Source: Lepidodermella squamata (taxonomy: Eukaryota; Animalia; Gastrotricha). From it: DNA of 64,000 bases. The stretch spans positions 868,001-932,000 of the forward strand of contig JBLDXI010000020.1 of NCBI GenBank assembly GCA_047495785.1, given 5' to 3'. Made by a program: the position numbers and the translations under genes. This document shows positions 12,467 to 24,225 of the stretch, one piece after another (position 1 is the first letter of the stretch; each line of letters opens with the position of its first letter). Under the pieces are notes generated by a model. The model did not search any database, was not told the origin of the DNA, and worked only from the letters and a program-made list of their open reading frames with translations.

Positions 12467-14340
12467 TCACGACCGGACCCCACGATTCCGCAATAGCTGG
12501 ACAATTTCTCCTTTCCCATGTTTCCGCGCGAGATCGAGCAAACTCAGTGAAGCGTGGTGGTCTAATGACCGATGCGCGTGGATGGAGGTGATTGTTGTCG
12601 ACAAATCAGAGCCGCCACTAAGATTCAGCGGCGATGCGTTATTAAGCGGTAACTGCACGTTGATCGACGCATTTCGCCGCAGAAGAAGCGAAACCATGGG
12701 CGTATCGCCTCGCAAAGTTGCGTACATAATCGCCGTGAAGCCGTTTCGGTCGTTTTGCGCGTCAATCATCGCGCCGTGGTCGAGTAGGGTGCGCACAACG
12801 TCGATGTGGCCGTGATCGGCGGCTATCAGCAGGGCGTTGAATCCTGACTGGTTGCGCGGTTCCAACTCGGCGCCGAAACTGATCAGCAGCTCAACTGTGG
12901 CTAGGTGCCCGTGCTTCGCCGCGAGCAGCAACGGCCGGCAGCCGTCTTCATCCTGAGCTTCGATCATGTTTACGCCATGGTAGTTTTGCTGTAGAATCCG
13001 TTGAATAGCTTCGGTTTCGCCTCGTCTCGCCGAGTTCAGCAACATAAATCCGGCTTGCTGAAAATTTAAAAAAATTACCGTACAATCTTACGAAAACTTC
13101 ACCTATCAGGCTAAAAAATTTTCATCTTCGAAAAAATTCGCAAAACATGTCAAATAAATTCAGGTAAAGATTCTTTGAATCCCGCTCAACTGATGTTTGC
13201 AAATTTAATATTTTGCATATTTAATATGTTGCATATTAATGTTTGCATATTTCCGGCTAAATTTGGCTATTACTATTTCCAATGGTTCCGGTTTGATTTG
13301 TTTACCTCGCCGATTTTTTTTAATTTTTCTTGGAAAATTATTTTTAATAGGGTTCAATCAAAACATACCAAGCTGGGATCGGGAAACGCTTTCATTTTTA
13401 ATTCATTCTGCTGTAATAATTCCTGTATCGAAATTTCATTGAATTATATGAACAAATTAGGAGAATTTGCAAGTACCTGAACCTGAGCTTCAAGCTCAGC
13501 AATTCGTTGCTTGGCGTCCAACTCGGCTGCTTGGGAAATTTGTAGTTCGCGCTGGCATACAGCCAACTGGGCTTGAGCTTCGTTTCCTGCCATCTTTGCT
13601 GCCTAAAAACAAGGCTATTGGCTTACAATTTCCGTTTGTTAATTGAATAAAACCTCAATTTGCGTTTCATATTGGCAAGCAGCTAAGCGAGCGTCGCAAA
13701 TAGCAATGTTGATGTTGGTTTTAAGGCTGGCGATTTGTCGACCCGAGTCCCTAGCCGCCATTTCTAGGGCCTGTTGCATCTCGATAACCTGCCTTTCAGC
13801 CATTCGCCGGCTATTCAACGCATTTTCCAGCGATCTGGCCATCGTTTTCAACTCTGCCTGTATAAGCCTTGTGTGATCGATAAAGTGTAAAGAGGTTTCA
13901 AAAGTATTCAAACCTGAGTTCGAAGCTCTGTTTCAACGACTCGATTTTTCGCAGCTGCCTCAGCGATTTCAGCCGTTTTCACCCTAGCCAATAATTTCAG
14001 CAGGGTGTCTACAACTTTAACATCTAATTTCTAATCAAATAAAATTCGACAATTTTAAAAGAATTTTCAAATAATACTTGGTTATTAAAATTACCTTAAG
14101 CCTCTCATCTAGCCGATCCAGTTGCTTGTTCGTATCGTGGCGAAATGACTCGGCTTGTTGAAGCAACGGTTCCAAGTCAGTGATGCCGATACTTGATAAC
14201 CTTTCCTTAAGTTGACAGACCTCAACGCGCCGCTCTTCAGCAATTACCCGCCAAACGTTGTTGCGATTCATGGCCGGCGATGATGAATCGCAGTGAATGT
14301 ACTCGTCGTCCGAAGACGCCAAAAAATTAAAATTGAACAT
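12467..14340 (-). CDS. M[FY]NF-type coiled-coil + ankyrin-repeat protein (about 6 exons)
   Basis: Starts MFNFNFLASSDDEY. Phase-0 exons ...LDERLK|KLDV..., AELKTMARSLE, QRIAELEAQVQ|, micro-exon QNELKMKAFPDPSL|, then an ankyrin exon (GCRPLLLAAKHGH, GFNALLIAADHGH, GFTAIMYA). Confidence 0.85.
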
Positions 14341-14688
14341 TAGAATTTCAACAACCAGAGCAACAACAGCAACAATAATGTAATATCTGCAAACACAGCA
14401 GGTAGAGTACTCAATAATAAGTTTGAGTCTACAGGCTATTCTCGTAGCAAAACTCGGCAGCATCTGCGCCACTTCTGTCGCGCCCCAGCTAGAATAAGGT
14501 TGACCTAATTTTAGCGGCATTCTAATCAGACAAGTAAAAATGAGACAAGTCCGTGACCGATATTTATTCGCCATCTTTTCAGTCTAATAATTTTTTGAAA
14601 AAAATTCAGTTTTGCAGCACTGCCGTATACCAAAGTAATTTCGGACGAAACCCTGATTTTCGAGGTTTAAAAAAACAGTCTCAATTCA

Positions 14689-15070
14689 GAAATGGGTGTG
14701 CCAAGTGCGCACCCTAAATGTAGGGTTCCAGCACTAATGAGACTCCAGCAGTAGATTTCCCCTAAATTCATGTTTTCTCTGGAATCTCGATTTTTCTGTT
14801 ATCATGCCTAACCGATTCGATTTTTATATTGCGCGTATTTTGCGCAATGAGCGGTCAGTTTACGAGTTATATTTCAACCTGCAGAGTCGATATCGATTCC
14901 AAGTATCGATTTTACAAATCAGTAATTTTTCCGATATCAGCCGTCGTAACCCGACATCAATAATTTTTAGGGTGCCAGGTAGCTAAAAGAAAAAATCCTA
15001 GATTCAGGTGAGGCATCGATATCGACCAAAAACCGAATACGCCGAAATCTCAAAGAATATGAAACGAATA
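14689..15070. mobile_element. Interspersed repeat family B, copy 1 (possibly Helitron/Helentron-type non-autonomous)
   Basis: Begins AAATGGGTGTGCCAAGTGCGCACCCTAAAT (terminal hairpin), identical to the start of 46122-46495. Homology continues ~370 bp; a decayed fragment lies at ~60635-60680. Confidence 0.7.
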
Positions 15071-15636
15071 TTTAGAGCTGGAACTGAATTTTGTGGTGCA
15101 AATAATTGGACCCTTCAGGCATGTATGATGATATTTGGCACAAAGGCGTGTAAGGGAATTCCCGATTTATTTGCAAAGTTAGGAATTTCAAGACTTTTCC
15201 CTGATTTTCTGTTTCATCTCTCATTTTTATCTAAACGAGCGTGAAGTCCTGAGATTATTTATTCGAGGTCAATTTTTTTATTTAAATGTTTTCCGCTATC
15301 ATGTTAGGATTTGGGTCATTAAATATTTCACACCCACAATTTTAGGCAGCCGTTATTATCACGTGGCCCATTTTATAGAGTAATGTCTGCACGCAAGTCC
15401 CAACTTGTAAATAATGGTTATTTTTCAAACAGGCCAAGACAAGTTAATATATTTTAGCCCCTCGGTGTGAAATGCAAGAGCACGACTGCGACTGACTGCT
15501 TCCGTCATGCGTGACTTGTTATCGTTAGATTGTTTCCAGTCGTGTGGGAAGTAGCTTCGCCAAGACAGACTTTCGTGATTTCCGCCCGCAACTCGCAAAC
15601 ATCAAATACCTAAATTCCTTACCCCGACGGCGATCA

Positions 15637-15645
15637 TATATAAAA
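15637..15645 (+). promoter_or_regulatory. TATA box of the 15700 gene
   Basis: TATATAAAA about 55-60 bp upstream of the ATG; AATAAA follows the gene at ~16148. Confidence 0.5.
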
Positions 15646-15699
15646 CTAGCTAGATATCACACCTTTTTACCGAATCGTTTTTTTCGCTCGAAAAATAAT

Positions 15700-16072
15700 A
15701 TGACTACCTTCGTAAAAATCACGATTTTCCTAGCCATTGTCATAGGGCTAGTGGCAGGTAACGCCATCCCAGCGGCGCAAAACAACATTTTGACGAGCGA
15801 TGAGACAGACATGTTGGCATTTATCAACGATCTGAGGCGAGAGCTTCACACAATAACAATCGCCAAGTGCGATGAGTGCTTTGAGGTTGTCACTTTTTTT
15901 TAATTGTCGGAGTTAACAAAATAGCTAAATTTCATTTTTTTTTGCCAAGAATAAGAAGAGGAAGTTATCGAAATGCTACGACACACCGATTGAAACGCGG
16001 TACGACTTCATCATCGAGCACTGCCCGAAAATGCAGTACAATTTGCCGGAAGAATTCGCGTTCAGAAAGTGA
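15700..16072 (+). CDS. Small secreted 4-Cys protein (~102 aa). Exons 15700-15885, 15950-16072
   Basis: Signal peptide MTTFVKITIFLAIVIGLVAG. Spliced C-terminus AKCDECFE|NKKRKLSKCYDTPIETRYDFIIEHCPKMQYNLPEEFAFRK. TATA and polyA signals present. Confidence 0.75.
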
Positions 16073-16372
16073 TTTTAGCAATTTTCGATCGATAGAGAAA
16101 CAATCACCAATCGATGTCGTGAACATTTAGTGATCACAATTTTTATTAATAAAAAATTTACGGGTTATTTTCAGACACTTTTGCCTTTGAAACCTGGTAT
16201 ATTATATTGAAATTGATAGCCTTCAAGTTACCAAATGAAAATCGGATCAGTAAGTTCCTTGGTCCACAACTTTTTTAATATTTTTAACCTTGAAAAACCA
16301 AGCTCAAATACACGCTTTTGTCCGAAATAAGGTCACGTTAAATTTTTTTATTTTCAGAATGAATAAAAAAGG

Positions 16373-16765
16373 TTATATTGATTTGCCTTCCATTATTCGC
16401 TTCGCTTCGATTTGCGCCCATAAGAAGAACGTTGCATTTTGTTCGCAGATAGATTTGAAATTGAATCGCTTAATGCATTTTTTCAGCCGCGCTTCGTACA
16501 GCGCCTTTTGCCGCTTGTCGTCGCTGAGTTGCCCCCACACGCTTAGCACTCGCCGGAGTCTATTCTTGTCCGTTTCCGATAGTAAGGACTTGGCTGTATC
16601 ACCCACTCGTAGGAAATCAGGATGCATCGCCTTTTCGATAGCTGGATCGTGTTCGAGTTCGAGTTCGACCTTCGACTTATTCTTTGAATGCGGTCTTGCT
16701 GCTACCGATGAACAGAACACAGCAGCGTAAAAGATCGTGAATGATATAGCCAGTTTCAGTAACAT
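16373..16765 (-). CDS. Secreted C-x9-C / FxLWA family protein 1 (130 aa, single exon)
   Basis: Signal peptide; C-terminal WGQLSDDKRQKALYEARLKKCIKRFNFKSICEQNATFFLWAQIEAKRIMEG; TATAAAA on minus strand at 16809-16815. Confidence 0.85.
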   Translation of the reverse strand: MLLKLAISFTIFYAAVFCSSVAARPHSKNKSKVELELEHDPAIEKAMHPDFLRVGDTAKSLLSETDKNRLRRVLSVWGQLSDDKRQKALYEARLKKCIKRFNFKSICEQNATFFLWAQIEAKRIMEGKSI

Positions 16766-18416
16766 TTTAACAAATAATGAAGCCGACGATAGGTCGGAGA
16801 TAGGGGTCTTTTATACAGAAGTCCCTGGCGTTGTTAGTCACCTTTAATGAGATTAGTGAGCTTAGGAATCTTCAGTACTTCCGACAGACGCATCACGGCA
16901 ACAACCTAGAGTGGACAAATGATTGAATTAGTCACTAGTCCTATTCTTGTTGACATTTAGTGACACCACTTTTGAGAGAATATCCTTCTCATGCGTCAAA
17001 GTCTCTCTGCACAAGACTTCAATTCCACGGGCTGCAGTTGAAAACGCACATAGAACATAAAAGTGGGCCATACACAACCCAGCCGGATGTTTTGAATCAT
17101 TGCAGCATCTGCATACTGTATACAATGGTAACAAAATTCGCGTTAATTTTTCAGAGAAAAGACGCGTGCAAATGACAGTTACGCCCGAGATTCCCACTGA
17201 AAACTGCTGAAAAATAAGTCAAAACCTGTTAGGTGAAAGGCTATCAAGTTCTGATTGATTGCATCAACTAGTTGTTTTACCTATGATTTTGCTGCACAAT
17301 ATTTGCGTGCGCAGAGATAATAGAAAGGGGGCCAACTGTTATGGCTAACGCCATGTTAACGCACTGTCCAAATGGGTCCCGAATTGCGACACCTTCCGGC
17401 TTAGTTTAAAAGAAAACGTTCGCCTTTTCTTGACGTGTACCTATTCTTTTAAAAATTCGACCTAATTTTCAACGACACATATTGAAACGCACGCGCATAT
17501 GCAAATGAGCGCTCGAATTTTGCTAGGTCAGCCAAAGACATCATTGCCAATATGATCAGGAAAAAAATAGAAAAATTCTCAAAATTCGTAGGAAAATTAG
17601 GAACCACATATTTCCATGAGACGTACTATAGGACGCCGCGGCTTCGAAGCTCCCATCACATGACCCCTCGGTTGCCATCCGCCATGAATACTTATTCCGT
17701 GAATACGATTTAATTTTTAGTCCCGTAATTTCGAAATAAAAATGTCTTTAATTTATAAAATTAAAATCAATAATTAAAAGCTGAGAATTCATTTACAGCA
17801 AAAGATCGGCCTGATGCTGTGTAAAGATGTGTTGATCTCGTTGATCTAAGCATAAAACGAGGCTTGAGATGATTGCAAAAAGTGTAATGAGATGATTCAT
17901 TGGCCGAGTTAGACTTTGGACCTCATTAAATATCACGCTTTTTCTGATTTTCTGCAAGCCGCGGGGTCCTATACATCTCATGCATATGCCTACCCTTGGT
18001 TTAGATCTCAGAACTTATAGCGCAGAGGCTAATTTTTAAACTCAGAAAATCAGGCCGAATAAAATTAGAAAGTCCAAAGATTCCCCTCGTTACCGTAAGA
18101 AGCAGGGCACTTCCTATGTTATGCTGCTCAATTTTTAATGGGTCTTACTTTCAGCGGAACCACAACTGTCGCATTTCTCACTTGAGAATTTATATTTTCC
18201 CTCAATCTTGTAGAATTATTCGAAAAGCGACCATTAGGCTATGTCAATTAGGTTCCGCAACAGGTAAATTTGGTTCCGCTTAGAGATATCCTGGTTTGTA
18301 ATACGTACAAAATATTCGTCGACGAAGAATATGTCAAAAAGTTGTAAGGTTAAACATGTAAAAATTATTCAACTGAAAATCGAAATTTTATTGGTTACAG
18401 CTAATCATGCAAATTG

Positions 18417-18824
18417 TTAATGATTATGACCTTTGCCAAGCATTACGTCCCGTGCCAGCATTTGCGCCCACAGGTAGAAAGGCGTGTTCTGTTGGCAAAT
18501 GGCCCTGATTTTGAATCGATTCACGCACATCTGAAGGCGAATTGAATAGACAACTAGGCGCTTCTGCTCCTGGGTCAAATCTCTCCACGCTGTCGCAATT
18601 TTCTGAACTTGCGTCTTATCGAAAGAATTCAAAGCTCTGAAAACACGAATAACAGATTATGAAATGTAGCTCAAATTATTGGTATCAAAGGTAACCCACT
18701 CTTTGACTGACGACTGGGCTTCTTCTGTTTCTCCTTCCATTATTATAGGTTGAGCTCGCAAGGAAACGATGAAAAGTGATAACACGAAGCAAGCAAGACA
18801 GCTTGTTGCAATAATGTGTTTCAT
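18417..18824 (-). CDS. Secreted C-x9-C / FxLWA family protein 2 (2 exons)
   Basis: MKHIIATSCLACFVLSLFIVSLRA signal peptide, one ~63 bp GT-AG intron, then WRDLTQEQKRLVVYSIRLQMCVNRFKIRAICQQNTPFYLWAQMLARDVMLG. Confidence 0.85.
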
Positions 18825-20454
18825 TTTCGAAATTTGGAATAAAATATGAAATTCGATGTGTTTAGATGACCACGAAATGTTCCAAATGATGACAGCGACG
18901 AAATTGCGTCCGTTTGGCGTTTTTTTAATAACTTGCTCACCTGTTTATGACTTGGCGATCCAAAACAATAACAACGCCAGGCTAAATTATCATCAATTTA
19001 TCAATTTTTTACTGCTTTGAGACAATGTGTACCTCTCGATAGCCTAACCCATAGTCATTTTCGAACTCGAAGCCTTAGTGTCAACGCGTCATGGACAATT
19101 ATCCTAGCGCAATTGTGATGCCTGTCATTCACATGGCGATTTCAATTCGCGGAAAATGAGCAGTTGTAAATCGTATCAACATACATTTTATGGATCTTCA
19201 ACTGATAATGATGCGGTTCGTGAGTTGTTCACACTTGACAGATGACTTTGCGTCTAACATCGCGTCTATTTCGATTAACGTTCAATTCAGTATTTTGCGA
19301 AACGCTTCGCAAGTTCCGATCACCTACAAATTACTAATCCTTTTATTGTTGTATTTAAGCTGCAGCGTGGGACGAAATTCGATCGAAAAACTGCACGCGC
19401 AAGGTTTCCAATGCTATTCGTACTAATTTATATGCTGTAAACTTTAATGGGCGATTAGAATTATAGAATCTGGGAAAACATTTTTCCAAACTAACAAAAT
19501 TAGCCATGTAAAAAGGTCAACAGCCGCAATTTGATTGGGGCCAGCTGAATGGAAGCCGTCCGAAAAACCAGTTCATTAGAATTTGAATCCTCTGATTCAC
19601 TGATCAGTGGGGCAGGGAGCATTTTTGAGAGATTTAAATCGCTCTGCCAACGTGCTCAATATACAGTAGTTTTGCGTGAAGTCGGACACGACTCGCGCCA
19701 GGCAATTTTGTCCGGCTAAATGGAAGCCCGGCTTAACGCATCTTTTTGTACGTTAAGTCCTCGGTAAGCAAATTTTTTCTATTTTTCCATTCATGGCGGA
19801 ATTATTTATCTACGGGAGAAAAAATATTTGACAGCAGTTCTAGGGGTTTTCGAAGGCCCTGATCACGATTTTGAAATCCGTTTGTATTTATCTATCACCA
19901 TAAAGGCTATACAGAAATAGGCAGAAATCGTCCTATCCGCCCAGCTGATTTCAGTCGATTTTTCGAGCACCTTTTCGAGCAAGTTCTGTGTCAGGCGCCT
20001 TCAGCTTTGGAATGTTATATTCTAAATTGCTCCATGAATGTCCCTAAAATTCTGCCTCACTTTATCACCGAAAACATTAAGGTTTAAAAAAGTTTTAGAG
20101 GCTCAGCATTCAGATCACAATTCAGCTTATCCCGTTTTTGCTCGCGACAGTTTTTGCAGCAGAAAAATCGCACGCATTCCGCCTGTATAAGCCTTGGCGA
20201 ATAGAACGAATTCGGCCGGTTTGATTGAATTTCAATAGCGTCGTCATTTTTTATTACCAACTCGAAAAAATTGACACGAAGGCGGACACGCAAATCACAA
20301 AATGATCAGAGACCTATGAAATTTCAAGTTGAAAGAAAATCGAAATTTTAATCTCAGGTTGACTATTTTCATATTGCTAGTATGTCCTGACCATGCAAGA
20401 TTTAAGCAATCTTGGATGGCTCAGAATACAGAAATTAAGGAATTCTTCCCGGTG

Positions 20455-21545
20455 TTGAGGGCAGAACCGAGAATTCTGCCCGCTGAAAATGCCCGAGGGC
20501 GTAGCGGAGCGCAGCGAAGCGAAGCCCGAGGGTATTTTCAAGGGCTGAATTCGAGGTTTTGCCCGAGACACAAGGGAAGAGTTCCTGTTCCTTCCCAGTT
20601 GGTTATTTTCGTTAATCCGACACTCGGACGAGTGAAAATGGGGAATGGTGTATAGTGCGTATGAAAGATGACCGTTGTTAATAACGAAAATAAGAAATCC
20701 AGCTTAAAATTTGTAGCAAATTTTTTTTTTGAATTTTTTTGTTCGTTGTTCATTTCCTTGTTTTATTATCAATTGAATATTGCGAATTTCCGTCGAATTT
20801 TCAATGGAGATCACTTTTGATATTGGCGACCTGGGCCTCGGTGCTCTCGCTGACGGCTCCGTGGAAGTGAAACAGCGCGAAGAATCCGATCCAATTCGAC
20901 TTCTCGAACGAGAACTTGATGCTGATATCGAAGAAGAAGAATCCGATGAAGAGGGTGATACGTCGGAGTTCATTCAAGAAGTCGAAAATTTCGTGGCTGG
21001 TTTTGAAGCAAACGGCACAGCTCAGAAAACCAAGCAGCACTGGAGCCGATTTGTCGCATTTGTCGAGCAGCGATTCCACATTTCGGAGCAACTATTAGTT
21101 GAACTTAGGATTGGTGGTGGCCGAGTCGCATTTCTCGCAAACGCTGCTGCTTCGAAACGTCGAAAATGACCCGCGCGATGAGCCACCCGTAAAGCAAGCT
21201 AAACCCATGCCGATCTTCAATTTCTCGAATTGCTCCGTCGTTATTAACAATTAATCCGGCCCAAACACTTGTTTTAAAGTTTAAACATTCTAATAAAGGT
21301 TATTCACTTGTTCACTCGTTTGGTCAGAGTCTGAAGGTTGTAGTAAAGGGACTGGGAACGGAAATTGAAGTTGTGCAACATTATTTCAGGTGAGAGGTTT
21401 TCCCAAATTTTCGAGAGCATCAATTGATTTTCGAAAATAAAAAATCCACCCTAATCGTTTGAGCGGGCAGAAACAGCGGGCAGAAACATCGGGCAGAATC
21501 ACTTTTTCCGTCTAGGCAAAAAATAACCAACTGGGCAGGAACACT
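20455..21545 (+). mobile_element. Internally deleted Crypton-like (DUF3504-type) element
   Basis: Hairpin around GCCCGAGGGCGTAGC...GCGAAGCCCGAGGG. Inverted repeat TTCCCAGTTGGTTATTTT (~20592) / AAAATAACCAACTGGG (~21520). The relic ORF keeps an N-terminal NGTAQKTKQHWSRFVAF segment and, after a stop/frameshift, a C-terminal IFNFSNCSVVINN* typical of this group. The recombinase core is missing. Confidence 0.6.
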
Positions 21546-21794
21546 TTTCTTGTACGAATGAGTCACTGCTGACGGTTCTCTCTATGACTATAACGAAGTA
21601 ATAAGGAAAGAACATTGTGAAAAATGGGTTTTTGGCAGTTTTAGCCACATCAGTGGGTGTTAAGTTACTTGAGTCAATTAGTTAAAGGGCGGGTCATAAA
21701 CTCGTGTTTCCCAAGACATTATTTTTCAAAATTCGTTTGTGGCATCGTCATCGTTCATGATTCAAATTGCTTCGCGACCATTTTTCGCAACATA

Positions 21795-22790
21795 TGTGAC
21801 GCCCACTTAAAAAATAGAGGGAGATTGAAGCCTTGCTGTCAGTGACGAAATATTTCTCAGAATTATAAATAGGCGTATCTTATCTTGCTACTTTAGTGTG
21901 AATGAGCATGCTATATGATATATGGGTGTGTATATCATAGGTGGATATCACGAGGGATTTTGGCCTGAAGGCTATTATCTATGTATTCAGACCTGAGGCT
22001 CAGCCGATTGACTGTATAGCGGACTTGAGGCCCAAGGCCCAATATCCATCGATATAACCCGTAAATGGGTGTTAGGTGTTATCGGCTGCTTATGCATCCT
22101 CGCTCTCTGCAATAGCCGCTCGTGCCTCGACGCGGCTACGCCCATAGACATAATAACAGTATTATATTGACTGATATTATGTCTATGGCTACGCCTCGTC
22201 TTTTTGGGACTCGGCTGGCGCCTCGTCAGATAAAATTCAGCACGAGCTGCTATCGCCGAGAGCTTGTATGATAACATACTAATATTGTCTGATTAATGTG
22301 TATTCATATTTGTCTGATAATGTATGAGTATTTCATTCATATCTGAGATTCGCAGCACGAGCTCTGGGAAATAGGCTGAGTGACCGAAGATGACCGAATC
22401 GAGTGCGGAGATTCCAGATAAGTATGAATGACCTACAAGTATTGCTATATATTGCTATCAATAAATAGTGCATCTCTGTATCTGTGAGTATCTGTTGTGG
22501 TCTTTGTGGCGGCCAGTGCATCAGCAGGCTTCTTAGCTTGCAAGTATTGCCGTAAACCCCCGATGAAAGAGCAATACTCATTTCTTTTGGCACGAGATGT
22601 GAGCAGGTTGCCTCGAAGTTACCAACTCGCTCCAGCTCTAGAGCGGGTATAACTTAATTAACGCAATTAATGCGGTTCGATGCAACTCAGTATCCTATAG
22701 CACCTGCCTGGCATTGCAAATTGCTATTTTTTTATAATGACTGACTATAAGATAAAGGAAATGAATGCAATATAGCGAATTTTTTCTTCA
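21795..22790 (+). pseudogene. Decayed tandem duplicate of the SUSD2/Mesh-like locus (upstream fragment + TM/cytoplasmic tail/3' flank)
   Basis: 22488-22700 matches 27590-27810 closely but with indels. 22730-22790 matches ~27837-27898. 21795-21900 matches 23630-23761. The ectodomain sequence is absent. Confidence 0.85.
21912..22340. mobile_element. Third hairpin-rich non-autonomous element (Crypton-like?) inside the decayed duplicate
   Basis: Imperfect IR GGATATCACGAGGGATTTTGGCC / GGCCCAATATCCATCGATATAACC and hairpin CCATAGACATAATA...TATTATGTCTATGG; boundaries approximate. Confidence 0.35.
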
Positions 22791-23165
22791 GTTTCAACCA
22801 GAATAAATCAGAAATACACTCATAGACCTTTTTAAGAAAAGAATGAATTTCGAAATTGAATAATTTTTTATAGCGGAAAAAATGATAACCTAGTGTCAAT
22901 GTTACAACAGGGACTTCCAGCCGCCCTGATACAGATAGCAAATTCGCGGTTATTGCTGGTGCGATGTTGTAAGCCACCTGAGAGAAATCTTCAAGTTCAC
23001 ATCTTTTCAAAATTCAAAATCTGCAGTGTTCAAGCAGCTTCTTCGCCCTCAACAAAATCACCAGATGAATAATGAATCAAGATCAAATTGTTATCGTTTT
23101 GTGAATCAAATGTCTTAGTGACCGTTTTTCGCAAAAGATGACTAGAAAATGAACTGTGGAACATG

Positions 23166-23566
23166 CAGAGATGAGAATGGGTCGGGTTAAAAGGGTCATT
23201 CGGGTCACCTTATCCCACCAATTGCCCTGGGTCCTGGGTCGCTTTCAATCAACCACGCCTGACAGAGCCCGAAATTGTGCAGGCGCAAGCTTTACTGTTT
23301 CAAGCCATGAAAAGTGTCCACTTTTTATTTAGTCTGTGTTTTCTGAGCTAGAAGACATGTAAAAGTGAATTTTCGCCCTTTTTGACGATTGCCGATGAGA
23401 ATAAAGCGTGATATGCATAAAAACAACGTCATGAGCCATCCGCTTCAAAATTACGAAATTTAGATTTAAGGGCCACTTGGGCTATAAAAGTTAGGTCCTG
23501 GGTCCCGGCATGGGTCTCCTCGGGCCCTGGGTCGATTTTTTGTTTTTCGACCCATTCTCATCTCTC
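23166..23566. mobile_element. MITE (~400 bp), hAT-like termini
   Basis: Perfect 18-bp TIR AGAGATGAGAATGGGTCG (23167-23184) / CGACCCATTCTCATCTCT (23548-23565); internal GGGTC repeats; no clean TSD seen. Confidence 0.7.
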
Positions 23567-24225
23567 ATCATGAATCATGGATCATCATCATGAATGTGAA
23601 TCATGAATGTGTATGTTGCACACAACCTTGTGACGCCCACTTTACAAGAACAGGGAAAGTGGAGTTCCTATAGACAGAGACTGGAGTCATGTCGTAGTGA
23701 CGCAAGATTTCTCAGAAATCATGAAAAGGCATACCCTTATCTTGATTTTTTACTAGTGTGAGAGTAACGAAAAAATTAAATATAAATAGGCCAAAATATA
23801 AAATGAATATTAAAGGCATGCAGAGTCTTATCAATTACGATAATATATAAGTATCATTATAAGCAAATAGTAAGGAGATGGTGATTTATAAAGAAACCTA
23901 TCGTCAGCGATGCGCCTAAACAATCGCGTTGATGACCCATTCGATTGTACTTAATTGTAAGGAGCCTAACGTAATGATATGAAGTGCGTTCGCATTTTTG
24001 AGCACTGATCGTACTGATTTTAATTAGCATTTGTGTTCAACGGCCGAACGTACTTCCCAAACAAAATATTTTGTATTCCTGTTCTGTTTTTGGGCGTCTC
24101 TTATAGCGATTGTTTTAGGATTTCGAAATTTTCATATTGTTTAAACATATTTTTCAAATTTTTTACTTTATTGATTATTTTCTGTTTAGTACATTTAACA
24201 AATCAGATTAATTGTGAACAAGAAA

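Noticed and set aside
14341-14574. N-terminal extension with a hydrophobic stretch on the 12467-14340 gene
   Set aside because: Paralogues start at the aligned M[FY]NF and an acceptor-like site lies within the extension, so 14340 is the preferred start.
19660-19745. TA-CAGTAG start resembling a pogo/Tigger terminus
   Set aside because: No matching right-hand terminus could be found by eye.
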